Positions 42,106-52,420 are shown, counted from the stretch's first letter. The stretch: DNA of 64,000 nucleotides from an uncultured Gemmatimonadaceae bacterium (GCA_963817955.1 CAWFQK010000005.1:64001-128000), one strand, 5' to 3'. Program-made: numbers and translations. Notes: a model not told the origin generated them from the sequence alone.

Positions 42106-42738
42106 ATGTATACGGTCAAGGAAATCTTTCTCACGCTCCAGGGCGAAGGCGCGAATGTCGGGCGCGCGGCGGTCTTTTGCCGCTTCTCCGGCTGCAACCT
42201 CTGGACTGGGCGGGAGGAAGACCGGGCGAGCGCGGTCTGCGACTTCTGCGACACGGATTTCGTGGGCGTAGGCCCGGATGGAGGCAAGTTCGCGACCGCC
42301 GAGGCACTCGCTGAGGCCGTCGCGTCGCGTTGGCCGAGCGGCGACCATGCGCAGCGTCTGGTCGTATGCACGGGCGGCGAACCGCTCCTCCAACTCGATG
42401 CGGAAGCTGTTGGCGCGTTACACTTCCATGGCTTTGAGGTTGCCGTGGAGACGAACGGGACTCAGGAAGCGCCGCTCCGGCTTGATTGGATTTGTGTCAG
42501 CCCCAAGGCGCGCGCGCCACAGATAGTGTTGCGGAAGGGCAACGAACTCAAGCTTGTCTATCCACAACCAGGCGTCGATCCGGCACAGTACGAAGCCCTC
42601 GATTTCACGAATTTGTTTCTGCAGCCAATGGATGGGCCTTCCCTCGCCGAAAACACTCGAGCTGCAATGGAGTATTGCCTGGCGCACCCGCGTTGGCGAC
42701 TGAGCGTCCAAGCGCATAAGGTGCTTGGGATTAGGTAA
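42106..42738 (+). CDS. queE: 7-carboxy-7-deazaguanine synthase (radical SAM)
   Basis: EIFLTLQGEG, CX14CX2C, DTDF, TGGEP, ETNG, SPK, QAHK. Confidence 0.95.
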   Translation: MYTVKEIFLTLQGEGANVGRAAVFCRFSGCNLWTGREEDRASAVCDFCDTDFVGVGPDGGKFATAEALAEAVASRWPSGDHAQRLVVCTGGEPLLQLDAEAVGALHFHGFEVAVETNGTQEAPLRLDWICVSPKARAPQIVLRKGNELKLVYPQPGVDPAQYEALDFTNLFLQPMDGPSLAENTRAAMEYCLAHPRWRLSVQAHKVLGIR

Positions 42739-42813
42739 AGCCGCGCCCGCGGATAAGCGTCACCGTCCCCCCATGATGTTCGCCACCGTTGCGTCCGATA
42801 CTCGCCTGTATTC

Positions 42814-42842
42814 TTGACGCTACCGCTGGGGCGGCTTAGACT
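42814..42842 (+). promoter_or_regulatory. sigma70-type promoter
   Basis: TTGACG-17 nt-TAGACT upstream of the NlpC/P60 gene. Confidence 0.6.
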
Positions 42843-42948
42843 AACACAACGGACGGGCTTGGTGGCAAGGTCATTGCCTACCGAGGCCATCGTTACGCGT
42901 CGCCGAGCTGGCTCGTCGGAGACACAGACTCTAATAGGATTTCGGGAT

Positions 42949-43521
42949 ATGGCTTCATCGGCGACACGTTGTCTGCGCTTCGCGATCGTGCTATGCACGG
43001 CCGCGGCGTTGCACGTGCCCGTCGCCGGAGCCCAGCAAGCGCCGAAACCGTTTGAGGCTTTCAGCAACTCGGCGCAGTCGCTGCGCGATTCACTCGTGCA
43101 GATGGCCCGGGCGCAGATCGGGACGCGCTACCGGCGCGGTGGGACATCGCCGGAGAAGGGGTTCGATTGCAGCGGTCTCGTCAAATACGTGATGGCGGCG
43201 CTTGATCTCAAGTTGCCCCGCACGGCCCGCCAGCAGGCCAAGCAAGGATTGGCGCTCACACGCGACACCAGCAGTCTCCTGCCCGGCGACCTGCTCACCT
43301 TCGGCAAGAGCAAGAAGGGCGTGAGCCACGTCGGCATCTACATCGGCGATGGCAAGTACATTCACGCCAGCAGCGTCGCCGGACGGGTCATCGAGAGTTC
43401 GATCTACCGTCCGTCATCTCCGCTGATCAAGATCTGGCGGGGCGCGCGGCGGGTACTGTCGCTCGACGATTCGGTGCCAACGCTGACAATGACAACGGTC
43501 AGCTCCAAGAATCCAAACTAA
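42949..43521 (+). CDS. NlpC/P60 (C40) cell-wall peptidase
   Basis: Signal peptide; GFDCSG, PGDLLTF, SHVGIY, IHAS. Confidence 0.93.
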   Translation: MASSATRCLRFAIVLCTAAALHVPVAGAQQAPKPFEAFSNSAQSLRDSLVQMARAQIGTRYRRGGTSPEKGFDCSGLVKYVMAALDLKLPRTARQQAKQGLALTRDTSSLLPGDLLTFGKSKKGVSHVGIYIGDGKYIHASSVAGRVIESSIYRPSSPLIKIWRGARRVLSLDDSVPTLTMTTVSSKNPN

Positions 43522-43528
43522 GGCGACC

Positions 43529-44662
43529 TCAGGGTCGCTTTCGTTTTCCCAGCGTGCCGGTCGAATCGACCGTCGCCCCCGTCACTGGAAAATCGAGCGC
43601 ACTCAGCGAATCGACGAGCCTCCAAGCTCGGCGTGTCGAATCTGGCTCCAACACACCCGGCCAACGTTGTACGGTGGGCCGAAGTTCGGCCTGCACTACG
43701 TGTAACGGTGCGCCGATGGTGGCGCAGGCCACAGCCCCGCGGTTTGTCGGCTCGCGAAGCTTGAAGGGACCATAAGTCAACAGGTTCCCGAGAGAGTAAA
43801 AGATCAGGCGGTCCCCACGCCACTCGGCTGCGCGAAGCACGTGCGGGCCGTGTCCGACGACGAGCGTCGCCCCCCCGGCGATTGCGGCGTTGGCGAATGC
43901 CACGGGATTGCCGCGATTCATCTTCAGAAAGCGCTCGGTGCGGTTCTGCGTGCGTTGTGCCGATGGCCCTTCCGCGCCCAGGTGCATCGTGACGACGACC
44001 GTGCCATACCGCTCGGCGGCTCGGCGCACGTTGCGCATAACTGCGCCGAGGTCGCGCGCGTCTGGCGTGGTAGTGTCGGTATAGAAACCAAGCACCCCGA
44101 TCGTATCCCCGGATGGCAACGGCACTGGCGTGGCGATGGTGTCGGCCCCGGTTACTAGAACGCCGGCACGTTTCAGGTGCTCAATCGTCAACTCGCGCCC
44201 CCTATTGCCGGCGTCGCGCGAATGATTGTTGGCCACGTTTCCGACAAGGACCACGCTGCTGTCCACGAGGCGGCGCAGCGCAGCCGCAGCGCGCGGCGGC
44301 TGCCGAAACGCAAAGCAACTCGTGGAACGCGGGCCGCATTTTGGCACTGCGGGTCCTGCGCCGATGGCTCCTTCGACATTGAGGATCACCACGTCGGCGC
44401 CGGACAGGAATGGCCGTAGCGCTGGCGCCAAGCTGTCAGGGTCGGGGAGCAGCCCGAACTGTCGCCAGAGCGTGTCGGCGCCCGCCCGCGCCCAGGTCTG
44501 GTCGAGATTCGTCCCAAGAGTGACGTCGCCGCCGGCGCAAAGCCGAAACGGCATGGCGAGCCCTGGACGGGCGGTGCTCTCCGTGGGACGTTGGGTACGT
44601 TGTGCCCGCGCCACCGCGGGTGTGGCGAACAGGGCGACACAGATGAGCAGTGAGTCGCGCAT
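43529..44662 (-). CDS. CapA family metallophosphoesterase
   Basis: GD, NVEG, ANNHSRD, HLGAE, GHGPHV, YSLGN; GGAGGT RBS. Confidence 0.9.
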   Translation of the reverse strand: MRDSLLICVALFATPAVARAQRTQRPTESTARPGLAMPFRLCAGGDVTLGTNLDQTWARAGADTLWRQFGLLPDPDSLAPALRPFLSGADVVILNVEGAIGAGPAVPKCGPRSTSCFAFRQPPRAAAALRRLVDSSVVLVGNVANNHSRDAGNRGRELTIEHLKRAGVLVTGADTIATPVPLPSGDTIGVLGFYTDTTTPDARDLGAVMRNVRRAAERYGTVVVTMHLGAEGPSAQRTQNRTERFLKMNRGNPVAFANAAIAGGATLVVGHGPHVLRAAEWRGDRLIFYSLGNLLTYGPFKLREPTNRGAVACATIGAPLHVVQAELRPTVQRWPGVLEPDSTRRAWRLVDSLSALDFPVTGATVDSTGTLGKRKRP

Positions 44663-44999
44663 CAGACCTCCATCCAATTGGACCAGCATCCCGCGGCCGG
44701 CCTGGGCGCTCGCCTGAGTCCATTTCCCCGCGCCAATGCCACCCATTCAACCTATTCCCCGCTCGGGTTGTCTCATAGACGCTGAAACCCGGAGCCCCTT
44801 AGATACGTCAGACTGTTCGAATGTGGGACGCCGAATCCCACAGCCGAGCAAGGCTCCGAGAACGAGACTACGCATTCGCAGATCTAACTCGTTGTAGAGC
44901 GATGCGTTAGGCGCCGACAAAGCCAGGCATGGACTTTCCTTTAGCGTTGTATCGTTCTTGGTCCTCGTTCTACCCGCCATCACCGCACGAGACGGCCCC

Positions 45000-46256
45000 T
45001 TGGATATAAAGCGCGAACCTCCGAAACAGACGAAGAAGATCATCACCATCGTTGTTTGCGCGATCGGCGTCATCGCGGTCACGATCGGCGCCATGCGGAT
45101 GAAGCCGGCCGCGCCCCCAGTGGAGCGCGGCACGCTCTGGTTCGACGTGGTGAAGCGCGGCGAAATGAAGCGGGAGGTGAACGCCCCCGGTACGCTGGAG
45201 CCAGAGTACGTCCGGAACATCACGGCGCTTACCAGCGGGCGCGTCGAGCTACTTCCCGTCAAGCCCGGCGTGCCAGTCACGCAGAACACCGTGCTCGTGG
45301 TGATGAGCAATCCAGACGAGGAGATCAAGCAACTCCAGAACGAGCAGGCACTCAACCAGGCCGTCGGCGCGCTCGCCAGCCTCAAGACAACGCTGCATCA
45401 GGCGATTCTCATGCAGCAGGGCGCCGTCGCCAGCACACACACACAGTACAACAGCGCCGTGCGCATGGCGGCAGTGCAGGACTCACTCGCCAAGCGCAAT
45501 CTTTCCTCGGCCAATGACGTGGCTGCGGCACACGACCAGATCCTGGAATTCAAGCAACGTGTCGACATCGAGCAGAAGCGGCTCGACGACGTGCAAAGCT
45601 CGGAGCAGCAGCAGATCCAACTGCAGCAGCAGCAGATCGAGAGTCTCAGACGGATTCTGGCCCAACAGAAGGAACGCGTGGCCTCCATGCGCGTGACATC
45701 GCCGGAAGCGGGGCAACTTCAGAGCCTCGGTAACCCGCCGCTCGAGCTGGGGCAGTACGTGAACGCCGGCAGTCTGCTCGCGCGAGTCGTGCAGCCGGGC
45801 AAGCTGAAGGCCGTGCTCCGCGTGCCTGAGAATCAGGCCAAGGATGTGGTGCCGGGACAATCAGCGACCATCGATCTGCACAACAACAATGTCGTGAAGG
45901 GCCGTGTGATGCGCACCGACCCATCGTCGGTCGCCGGAACCGTGACGGTGGAAGTGTCGATCGACGATACGCTCCCCGCGGGCACGCGCTCCGATCTCGC
46001 CGTGGACGGAACGATCGAGATCGAACGGTTGTCAAACGTCATGAACATGGCCCGTCCCGGATTCGGTCAGGCCGAGAGTCCCGTCGGCATCTTCAAGGTC
46101 AGTCCAAACAAAGGTGAAGCACAGCGCGTCACCGTGCAGCTTGGCCGCGCGTCGGTCAACACGATCGAAATTCGCGGTGGCCTAAAGGTCGGCGATAGCG
46201 TCATCATTTCGGATATGTCGCAGTTCGACGCCACAAATCGCGTGAGAATCAAATAG
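45000..46256 (+). CDS. HlyD/MacA-like periplasmic adaptor
   Basis: N-terminal TM, lipoyl halves flanking a long coiled coil, GLKVGDSVIISD; probable TTG start. Confidence 0.88.
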   Translation: MDIKREPPKQTKKIITIVVCAIGVIAVTIGAMRMKPAAPPVERGTLWFDVVKRGEMKREVNAPGTLEPEYVRNITALTSGRVELLPVKPGVPVTQNTVLVVMSNPDEEIKQLQNEQALNQAVGALASLKTTLHQAILMQQGAVASTHTQYNSAVRMAAVQDSLAKRNLSSANDVAAAHDQILEFKQRVDIEQKRLDDVQSSEQQQIQLQQQQIESLRRILAQQKERVASMRVTSPEAGQLQSLGNPPLELGQYVNAGSLLARVVQPGKLKAVLRVPENQAKDVVPGQSATIDLHNNNVVKGRVMRTDPSSVAGTVTVEVSIDDTLPAGTRSDLAVDGTIEIERLSNVMNMARPGFGQAESPVGIFKVSPNKGEAQRVTVQLGRASVNTIEIRGGLKVGDSVIISDMSQFDATNRVRIK

Positions 46257-46296
46257 AGCGTTCCCTGTCCCACCTTACCTTCCAGCCCCCCACCCC

Positions 46297-47052
46297 ATGA
46301 CTTCCGGGTCCGCATCCACGTCTTTGCCGGCCGGCTTTGCCGCCGCGAACGGAAATGGCAATCAGCCCTTGATCCGCCTGTCCGGCATCAAGAAAGTTTT
46401 CTACACCGACGAGGTAGAGACCCACGCCCTACAGGACATCCATGTCGAGGTGCAGCCAGGCGAGTACGTCGCCATGGAGGGACCGTCCGGCTGCGGCAAG
46501 ACGACGCTGCTCTCGATTCTCGGCCTGCTCGATACGCCGAGTGACGGCGAGTACACGCTGGCCGGCGAGCCGGTGGCGCAACTCACGCCATCGCAGCGCG
46601 CACGCATCCGCAATCGGCAGATCGGCTTCATCTTTCAGGCGTTCAACCTGATCGGCGATCTCACCGTCTACGAAAACGTCGAACTGCCGCTCACGTATCG
46701 CGGCATGTCGGCCGCCGAGCGCAAGCAGCGTGTGACGGACGCGCTCGAACGTGTCGGTATGAGCCATCGCATGAAGCACTATCCGGCCCAGCTGTCCGGC
46801 GGTCAACAGCAACGCGTCGCCGTCGCCCGTGCCGTGGCCGGCGACCCACTCATTCTTCTCGCCGACGAGCCGACGGGCAACCTCGACTCGACGAATGGCG
46901 AAGCCGTGATGGAGCTCCTCCGCGAGCTGCATCGTGGCGGTGCGACCATTTGCATGGTGACGCACGACCCGAGATACGCGGCGCATGCCGACCGCTCCAT
47001 TCATCTGTTCGACGGACGGGTGGTCGAAGAGCGGACCGCGCAGCCGAGCTGA
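46297..47052 (+). CDS. ABC transporter ATP-binding protein (MacB/LolD-like)
   Basis: [29 protein letters not shown]. Confidence 0.95.
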   Translation: MTSGSASTSLPAGFAAANGNGNQPLIRLSGIKKVFYTDEVETHALQDIHVEVQPGEYVAMEGPSGCGKTTLLSILGLLDTPSDGEYTLAGEPVAQLTPSQRARIRNRQIGFIFQAFNLIGDLTVYENVELPLTYRGMSAAERKQRVTDALERVGMSHRMKHYPAQLSGGQQQRVAVARAVAGDPLILLADEPTGNLDSTNGEAVMELLRELHRGGATICMVTHDPRYAAHADRSIHLFDGRVVEERTAQPS

Positions 47053-47080
47053 ATGGGATGAGGGCGTGTAACTTGGAGCC

Positions 47081-47809
47081 ATGATGACCTGGTACTCAAA
47101 GTCTCGAACCGCGCCCATCGAGCGGCCGGCTACCGTCAGCGGACCACTGATCTCGATGCGGAATCTCGAGAAAGTGTTCGACACACCCGCCGGTCGATCG
47201 TACGTGCTACGCCGCATTACCGGCGACATCCAGTCGGGCGAGTTCGTCTCCGTCATGGGGCCGTCCGGCGCCGGAAAGTCGACGTTGCTCGCCATCCTCG
47301 GCATGCTCGACAGCGCCTGGTCCGGCGAGTTCCATTTTCTGGGGCAGCCGGTGCACGCGTTGAACCACAAGGACCGTGTCGCACTGAACAAGCAGCACAT
47401 TGGGTTCGTGTTCCAGCAGTATCACCTGATCGACGATCTGACTGTCGCCGAGAACCTCGACATCCCGTTGTCGTATCGCAACGTGAAGAAGTCGGAGCGT
47501 GACGCCATCGTGGCCGATACCCTCGATCGGTTCTCGATGGTCGCCAAGAAGGACCTGTTTCCCCGGCAGCTCTCGGGCGGGCAGCAGCAGCTCGTCGGGG
47601 TGGCCCGCGCCGTGATCGCCAAGCCCAATCTCATTCTGGCCGACGAGCCGACGGGCAATCTGCACTCGACCCAGGGCCGCGAAATCATGGAGTTGTTCAA
47701 GAAGTTGAACGATGCTGGCACGACGATCATCCAGGTGACACACTCAGAGGAGAACGCCAAGTTCGGCAACCGCATCATCGAGTTGCGAGACGGCTGGATC
47801 ACCGAGTAG
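47081..47809 (+). CDS. Second ABC transporter ATP-binding protein (MacB/LolD-like)
   Basis: [28 protein letters not shown]. Confidence 0.95.
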   Translation: MMTWYSKSRTAPIERPATVSGPLISMRNLEKVFDTPAGRSYVLRRITGDIQSGEFVSVMGPSGAGKSTLLAILGMLDSAWSGEFHFLGQPVHALNHKDRVALNKQHIGFVFQQYHLIDDLTVAENLDIPLSYRNVKKSERDAIVADTLDRFSMVAKKDLFPRQLSGGQQQLVGVARAVIAKPNLILADEPTGNLHSTQGREIMELFKKLNDAGTTIIQVTHSEENAKFGNRIIELRDGWITE

Positions 47810-47843
47810 TACGGCGCCGGCCATCCTTCGCCAACGCGCATTC

Positions 47844-49211
47844 ATGAACGACGCCATGCGGCGGCCCCATCTGCTGATCGCCGACGATCAGATCGACGTC
47901 CTCGAGGCCATGCGCCTGCTGCTCAAGGGTCATGGCTTCGATGTCGACGCGGTGACGTCGCCGGCCGCCGCCCTCGCTGCCCTCGAGCGCCGCGATTACG
48001 ACGCATTGTTGCTCGACATGAACTACACGCGCGACACCACGTCGGGGCAGGAGGGCCTGGACCTCCTGCAGCAACTGCAGACGCTCGAGCCGGATATGCC
48101 GGTCATCGTGATGACCGCCTGGGGAAGCATCGACAACGCGGTGGAGGCCATGCGCCGCGGTGCACGCGATTACATCGAGAAGCCGTGGGACAATGCCCGA
48201 CTGATGTCCATTCTCACGACACAGATCGAGCTCGGCCGGGCCCTCCAGCGCGCCCAGCGCCTGGAAACCGAGAACCGTCTGCTCCGCCGTGATCACCTGC
48301 CGCACATGATCGTCGAGTCGGCACGGATGCAGCCGATCCTCCGATTGATGGAGCACGTCGGGCCATCTGACGCCAACGTCCTGATCACCGGCGAGCATGG
48401 CACAGGCAAAGAGCTCGTCGCCCAGTGGTTGCATGCGTCGTCGCCACGGGCGCAGCGATCCTTCATCGCCGTGAACATGGGCGGGCTCTCGGAAGGGCTG
48501 TTCGAGAGCGAGTTGTTCGGCCACGTCAAAGGCTCGTTCACGGACGCAAAGACCGATCGCGTCGGACGCTTCGAGCTCGCGGACGCCGGCACACTCTTCC
48601 TCGACGAGATCGGCACGGTGCCGCTCGCGCTGCAGTCGAAGCTCTTGCGCGTCTTGCAGACGGGCGACGTGGAGCGCGTCGGCTCGTCGAAGGCGCGGCA
48701 CGTGGACGTGCGCGTCGTGTCGGCGACGAACGCCACCCTGCAGAGCGAAGTGTCGGAGGGCCGTTTTCGCGAGGATCTGCTCTTCCGCCTCAACACCATC
48801 GAGATCCCGCTGCCGCCGTTGCGCGAGCGACGAGAGGACATCGCGCCGCTCGCCGCGCACTTTCTGCGGCGCCACGCGATGCGATATCGCAAGTCGCTCG
48901 GCGGCTTCGACAGCGGGGCCATGCAACTCCTGCTTGCGCACGCGTGGCCAGGTAACATTCGAGAGCTGGATCACGCCGTCGAACGCGCGGTACTGCTCGC
49001 ACACGGTGAACAGATCCGCGCCGCCGATCTCGGACTGCGCCAGGCCTCGAGCGGTGCGCAGCGGCTCGACGAGCTGCCCCTCGAGGACGTTGAGAAATTG
49101 CTGATTCAGAAGGCCTTGTCACGGTACGACGGCAATGTGAGCCGGGCGGCGCAGGCGCTCGGACTGTCGCGCAGCGCGCTGTACCGGCGCATCGCGTCCC
49201 ATGGACTCTGA
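47844..49211 (+). CDS. sigma54-dependent response regulator (NtrC family)
   Basis: REC (ADD, LLD, KP), GEHGTGKE, GSFTDA, WPGNIREL, Fis HTH. Confidence 0.95.
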   Translation: MNDAMRRPHLLIADDQIDVLEAMRLLLKGHGFDVDAVTSPAAALAALERRDYDALLLDMNYTRDTTSGQEGLDLLQQLQTLEPDMPVIVMTAWGSIDNAVEAMRRGARDYIEKPWDNARLMSILTTQIELGRALQRAQRLETENRLLRRDHLPHMIVESARMQPILRLMEHVGPSDANVLITGEHGTGKELVAQWLHASSPRAQRSFIAVNMGGLSEGLFESELFGHVKGSFTDAKTDRVGRFELADAGTLFLDEIGTVPLALQSKLLRVLQTGDVERVGSSKARHVDVRVVSATNATLQSEVSEGRFREDLLFRLNTIEIPLPPLRERREDIAPLAAHFLRRHAMRYRKSLGGFDSGAMQLLLAHAWPGNIRELDHAVERAVLLAHGEQIRAADLGLRQASSGAQRLDELPLEDVEKLLIQKALSRYDGNVSRAAQALGLSRSALYRRIASHGL

Positions 49212-50595
49212 GACCGGCGAGCGCCGCAGCCCCACGCCGTTCGCCGCACGCGCCCGATCGTTCGCCCCCCGCGGCTCGGCGCACGAACGACTGATTCTCC
49301 GCCTCACACTCCTCTCGGGACTGCCCGCGGTCGTCGTCGCCATGACGCTCCTGTGGCGCGACGGCTACACCGCCAAGGTGCAGTGGACGCTTGGGCTACT
49401 GATCGTCGGATGCTGGGTCATTACGGCCATCGTCCTGCGCGAACGGGTCGTCCGTCCGCTCCAGACGATCTCGAACATGCTCGCCGCGTTGCGCGAGGGG
49501 GATTACTCCATCCGGGCCCGCGGCTCAGACCGCGATGACGCGCTGGGTTTAGCGTTTCTTGAATCGAACCTGCTCGGGGAAACACTGCGCACGCAGCGTC
49601 TGGGCGCCATGGAGGCGACAGCGCTGTTGCGAACCGTCATGGCCGAGATCGACGTCGCGGTGTTTGCCTTCGACGAGGAGAATCGCGTGCGGCTCGCGAA
49701 CCGAGCCGGCGTGCGCCTGCTCAGTCAACCGGTCGAACGCCTGCTCGGCCGCACGGCAGACCAGGTCGGGCTCGCGGATGGCCTGAAGGGTCCGTCGCCG
49801 CGAACCATGGATGTCGCCTTCCCTGGCGGCGCCGGGCGGTGGGAAGTCCGTCGCGGCTCGTTTCGCCAGGATGGTCGGCCGCACACGCTCCTCGTACTCG
49901 CCGACGTGAGCAAGACGCTGCGAGAGGAGGAGCTCCAGGCATGGCAACGGCTCGTGCGGGTGCTCAGCCACGAGATCAACAATTCGCTCGCGCCGATCAA
50001 GTCCATCACCGCGAGCTTGCTCGGCCTCCTCGAGCGACAGCCGCGACCCGTGGACGCCGACGACGACATGCGTCGCGGTCTGTCGGTAATCGGCGGGCGG
50101 TCGGAGGCGCTCGTACGCTTCATGTCCTCGTACGCCAGGCTGGCACGGCTGCCCGCACCGAACAAGACGCGGCTGGACGTCGCGACGTGGGTGCGACGCG
50201 CCGCAGCACTCGAAACGCGGTTGCGGGTCACCGTCATCGACGGGCCGGCCACCGTGCTCAATGCTGACGGGGATCAGCTCGACCAATTGCTGATCAATCT
50301 GGTGCGCAACGCGGTGGACGCATCGCTCGCGACCGGCGGCGGGGTGCGCGTCCGGTGGATGCGTCAGACCGACTCTGTGGCCGTCCTGGTCGAGGATGAA
50401 GGGTCTGGCGTCGCGAGCAGCGCAAACCTGTTCGTCCCCTTTTTCACGACCAAGTCACAAGGTTCCGGCATCGGGCTCGTACTGTGCCGCCAGATCGCTG
50501 AAGCCCACGGCGGATCGCTGTCGTTGGAGAACCGCAATACCGGCCCTGGAGCTGTTGCGACGCTGCGACTCCCCACTCCATTGCAGGCAACCTGA
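49201..50595 (+). CDS. Membrane sensor histidine kinase (HAMP/PAS)
   Basis: Two TM helices, HEINNSL H-box, NLVRNA, DEGSG, FFTTK, GSGIGL. Confidence 0.93.
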   Translation: MDSETGERRSPTPFAARARSFAPRGSAHERLILRLTLLSGLPAVVVAMTLLWRDGYTAKVQWTLGLLIVGCWVITAIVLRERVVRPLQTISNMLAALREGDYSIRARGSDRDDALGLAFLESNLLGETLRTQRLGAMEATALLRTVMAEIDVAVFAFDEENRVRLANRAGVRLLSQPVERLLGRTADQVGLADGLKGPSPRTMDVAFPGGAGRWEVRRGSFRQDGRPHTLLVLADVSKTLREEELQAWQRLVRVLSHEINNSLAPIKSITASLLGLLERQPRPVDADDDMRRGLSVIGGRSEALVRFMSSYARLARLPAPNKTRLDVATWVRRAAALETRLRVTVIDGPATVLNADGDQLDQLLINLVRNAVDASLATGGGVRVRWMRQTDSVAVLVEDEGSGVASSANLFVPFFTTKSQGSGIGLVLCRQIAEAHGGSLSLENRNTGPGAVATLRLPTPLQAT

Positions 50596-50619
50596 TCGGC
50601 GGGTTGGGCCGCATTCGGC

Positions 50620-50860
50620 GCCTGAACACCTGTTCGTTCCCCTCGGAATTCTGTGACCGCACGGCGGACAGCATGGCGACGCGAAGCTGTGGAACGTCGG
50701 CGGCTACACGCACACGCTGTTCACCAATCTTCCGACGCGCGTCAACGCGCAAGATGGATCGAACACCGCGACGTTCGTGAACGGCACGACAGGCTGGGCG
50801 AACGAGAACGGCTGGCACGCTGGTGGTGGCGCATCACTGGGTTGGGGACGCACAGACTGA
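50620..50860 (+). pseudogene. Relic of an outer-membrane beta-barrel gene resembling 51330-52190
   Basis: One frame reads VPLGIL*...DAKLWNVGG...GWHAGGGASLGWGRTD*, resembling LGLRGD / LLWNG / GWNAGGGLAFHAGRKE of the neighbour. Confidence 0.45.
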
Positions 50861-50878
50861 AAGCCGTGGAGAGCGTAG

Positions 50879-50911
50879 CAGCCCGAGCGTTTCGCTCGGG
50901 CTGTTGTTTTT
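50879..50911 (+). terminator. Intrinsic terminator
   Basis: CAGCCCGAGCG-TTT-CGCTCGGGCTG followed by TTGTTTTT. Confidence 0.75.
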
Positions 50912-51017
50912 GGGAGACATCGGGCTGTTGTTTTTGGGAGACATGAGACGCGAGGCGCGAGACATGGGACACGAAACGCGAAACGCGAGACACGAGACAC
51001 GGGCCACGAGGCACGGC
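50897..51017. repeat. 24-bp direct duplication followed by degenerate heptamer repeats (GAGACAC-like, about 10)
   Basis: CGGGCTGTTGTTTTTGGGAGACAT x2, then GAGACGC GAGGCGC GAGACAT GGGACAC GAAACGC GAAACGC GAGACAC... Confidence 0.85.
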
Positions 51018-51179
51018 AATCGCGTTCTCCCTCACATGTGGCCGCACATTCAGGGCCGGGTGATCTGGATTCCCCTGATGGTTTCTGTTGAGGTTGTGAC
51101 ATGGCCGATGAACATGACGAACCGACGACCGACAACCACCCCGACACGATCGCCGATCATTCGTAATTCCCGCCTCCCA

Positions 51180-51195
51180 CGGCACAGACCGTGCT
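51180..51195 (+). promoter_or_regulatory. Possible sigma54 -24/-12 promoter
   Basis: CGGCACAGACCGTGCT upstream of the beta-barrel gene. Confidence 0.4.
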
Positions 51196-51329
51196 CTCCA
51201 ATGGCGCGGTGCCGCGACGAAGTACGTCGACCGGGGACCTCGGTGTGATGCGGTGCACTGAGAAATCCTCGCCCGGTAGTCGTCCGCGGGGGCTAGTCGA
51301 ATAGGGACGACACAGAGGGAGGAGACCCA

Positions 51330-52190
51330 ATGTTAAACCGTAATGCTTTGATGCTCGTTGCCGGCGCGGCGATCTTCGCTCTCGACGGTTCTGCTATGTC
51401 GGCACAGGCACGTCCGCGGTCGACCAAGCGCATTCCCATCACGAAGGAAGCGCCCGGCGAGGTGACAACGCCCCGCGTCGATACCGTGACGATCTACCGG
51501 ACGGATACGCTGACCACACCAGGCCACGTGGATACCGTCATGACAACTGTCACACGCGTCGACACCGTGATTCAGACCGTGAATTTGACGACGAAACACA
51601 TCGGCGGCATGTACATCGGTGTGGCTGGCGGTGAAGCGCTGCCCTTCGGCGCCATCCGCACGGTGAATCAACCAGGCGTGCTCGGTCAGGTGCAGCTTGG
51701 TTGGCAGGGACTCAATACTGTGCTGGGCCTCCGCGGCGACGTCAGCCTCACGCAGTACGCCATGGCCGCTGACTACGTAATCCTGTCCGACCATCGCCCG
51801 TTGCTCTGGAACGGGAATCTCGACGCGAAGCTCAATCTGCCGGTCCTCACACATACACTCGGCAGCGCCGTGATTTTCACGCCGTATCTCATTGGCGGCG
51901 GCAGCTTCGTGAGCTTTAAGGATTTGCGCATGAAGCTCAACACAGACCAGGGCGTGGGCGGCGGCATCGGCCCACAGAACGCAGTCATCGCCACATCGGG
52001 TGGCTCGGGTTCAATTGTGGGAGATAATTCTTTTCACACCAACTGGGGATGGAACGCAGGCGGCGGTCTCGCCTTCCACGCAGGCCGTAAGGAAATGTTC
52101 ATCGAAGCACGCGGCGTGCGCTTCGTCCATGGCAGCAATTTCGAGAATTCGTGGCACGTTCCCGTGATCTTCGGCGTGAATCTGTACTAG
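51330..52190 (+). CDS. Putative outer-membrane beta-barrel protein with VDTV-repeat stalk
   Basis: GGAGGAG RBS, signal peptide, repeated DT(V/L) motifs, amphipathic beta strands, terminal aromatic residue. Confidence 0.75.
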   Translation: MLNRNALMLVAGAAIFALDGSAMSAQARPRSTKRIPITKEAPGEVTTPRVDTVTIYRTDTLTTPGHVDTVMTTVTRVDTVIQTVNLTTKHIGGMYIGVAGGEALPFGAIRTVNQPGVLGQVQLGWQGLNTVLGLRGDVSLTQYAMAADYVILSDHRPLLWNGNLDAKLNLPVLTHTLGSAVIFTPYLIGGGSFVSFKDLRMKLNTDQGVGGGIGPQNAVIATSGGSGSIVGDNSFHTNWGWNAGGGLAFHAGRKEMFIEARGVRFVHGSNFENSWHVPVIFGVNLY

Positions 52191-52240
52191 TAGGCACGGC
52201 AGGATCGCAGCACCGTCGTACGAAACACCGCAGTACGGAA

Positions 52241-52280
52241 TCGTGGCGAGCTGATCGATTCATCGATCAGCTCGCCACGA
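52241..52280. other. 19-bp perfect inverted repeat
   Basis: TCGTGGCGAGCTGATCGAT-TC-ATCGATCAGCTCGCCACGA. Confidence 0.75.
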
Positions 52281-52420
52281 GTGCTGTTCCGGTCATTTGA
52301 CTCTCTGCTGCCGTATCCGCTGCGTGCCTCGTCATATTTCAGATGGCACCTTGGAACGGAATTGGCGTAAGTAGAGTGTAGCGCGCACCACACCAGCCGC
52401 GCTTCCCTGGACAGCATCCC

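Noticed and set aside
41400..42738. queC/queE as part of a dpd or Qat defence island
   Set aside because: Canonical sequences in housekeeping context; no dpdA, TatD or ATPase partners nearby
42850..42945. Riboswitch in the NlpC/P60 leader
   Set aside because: A hairpin is present, but no recognisable c-di-AMP, c-di-GMP or preQ1 consensus
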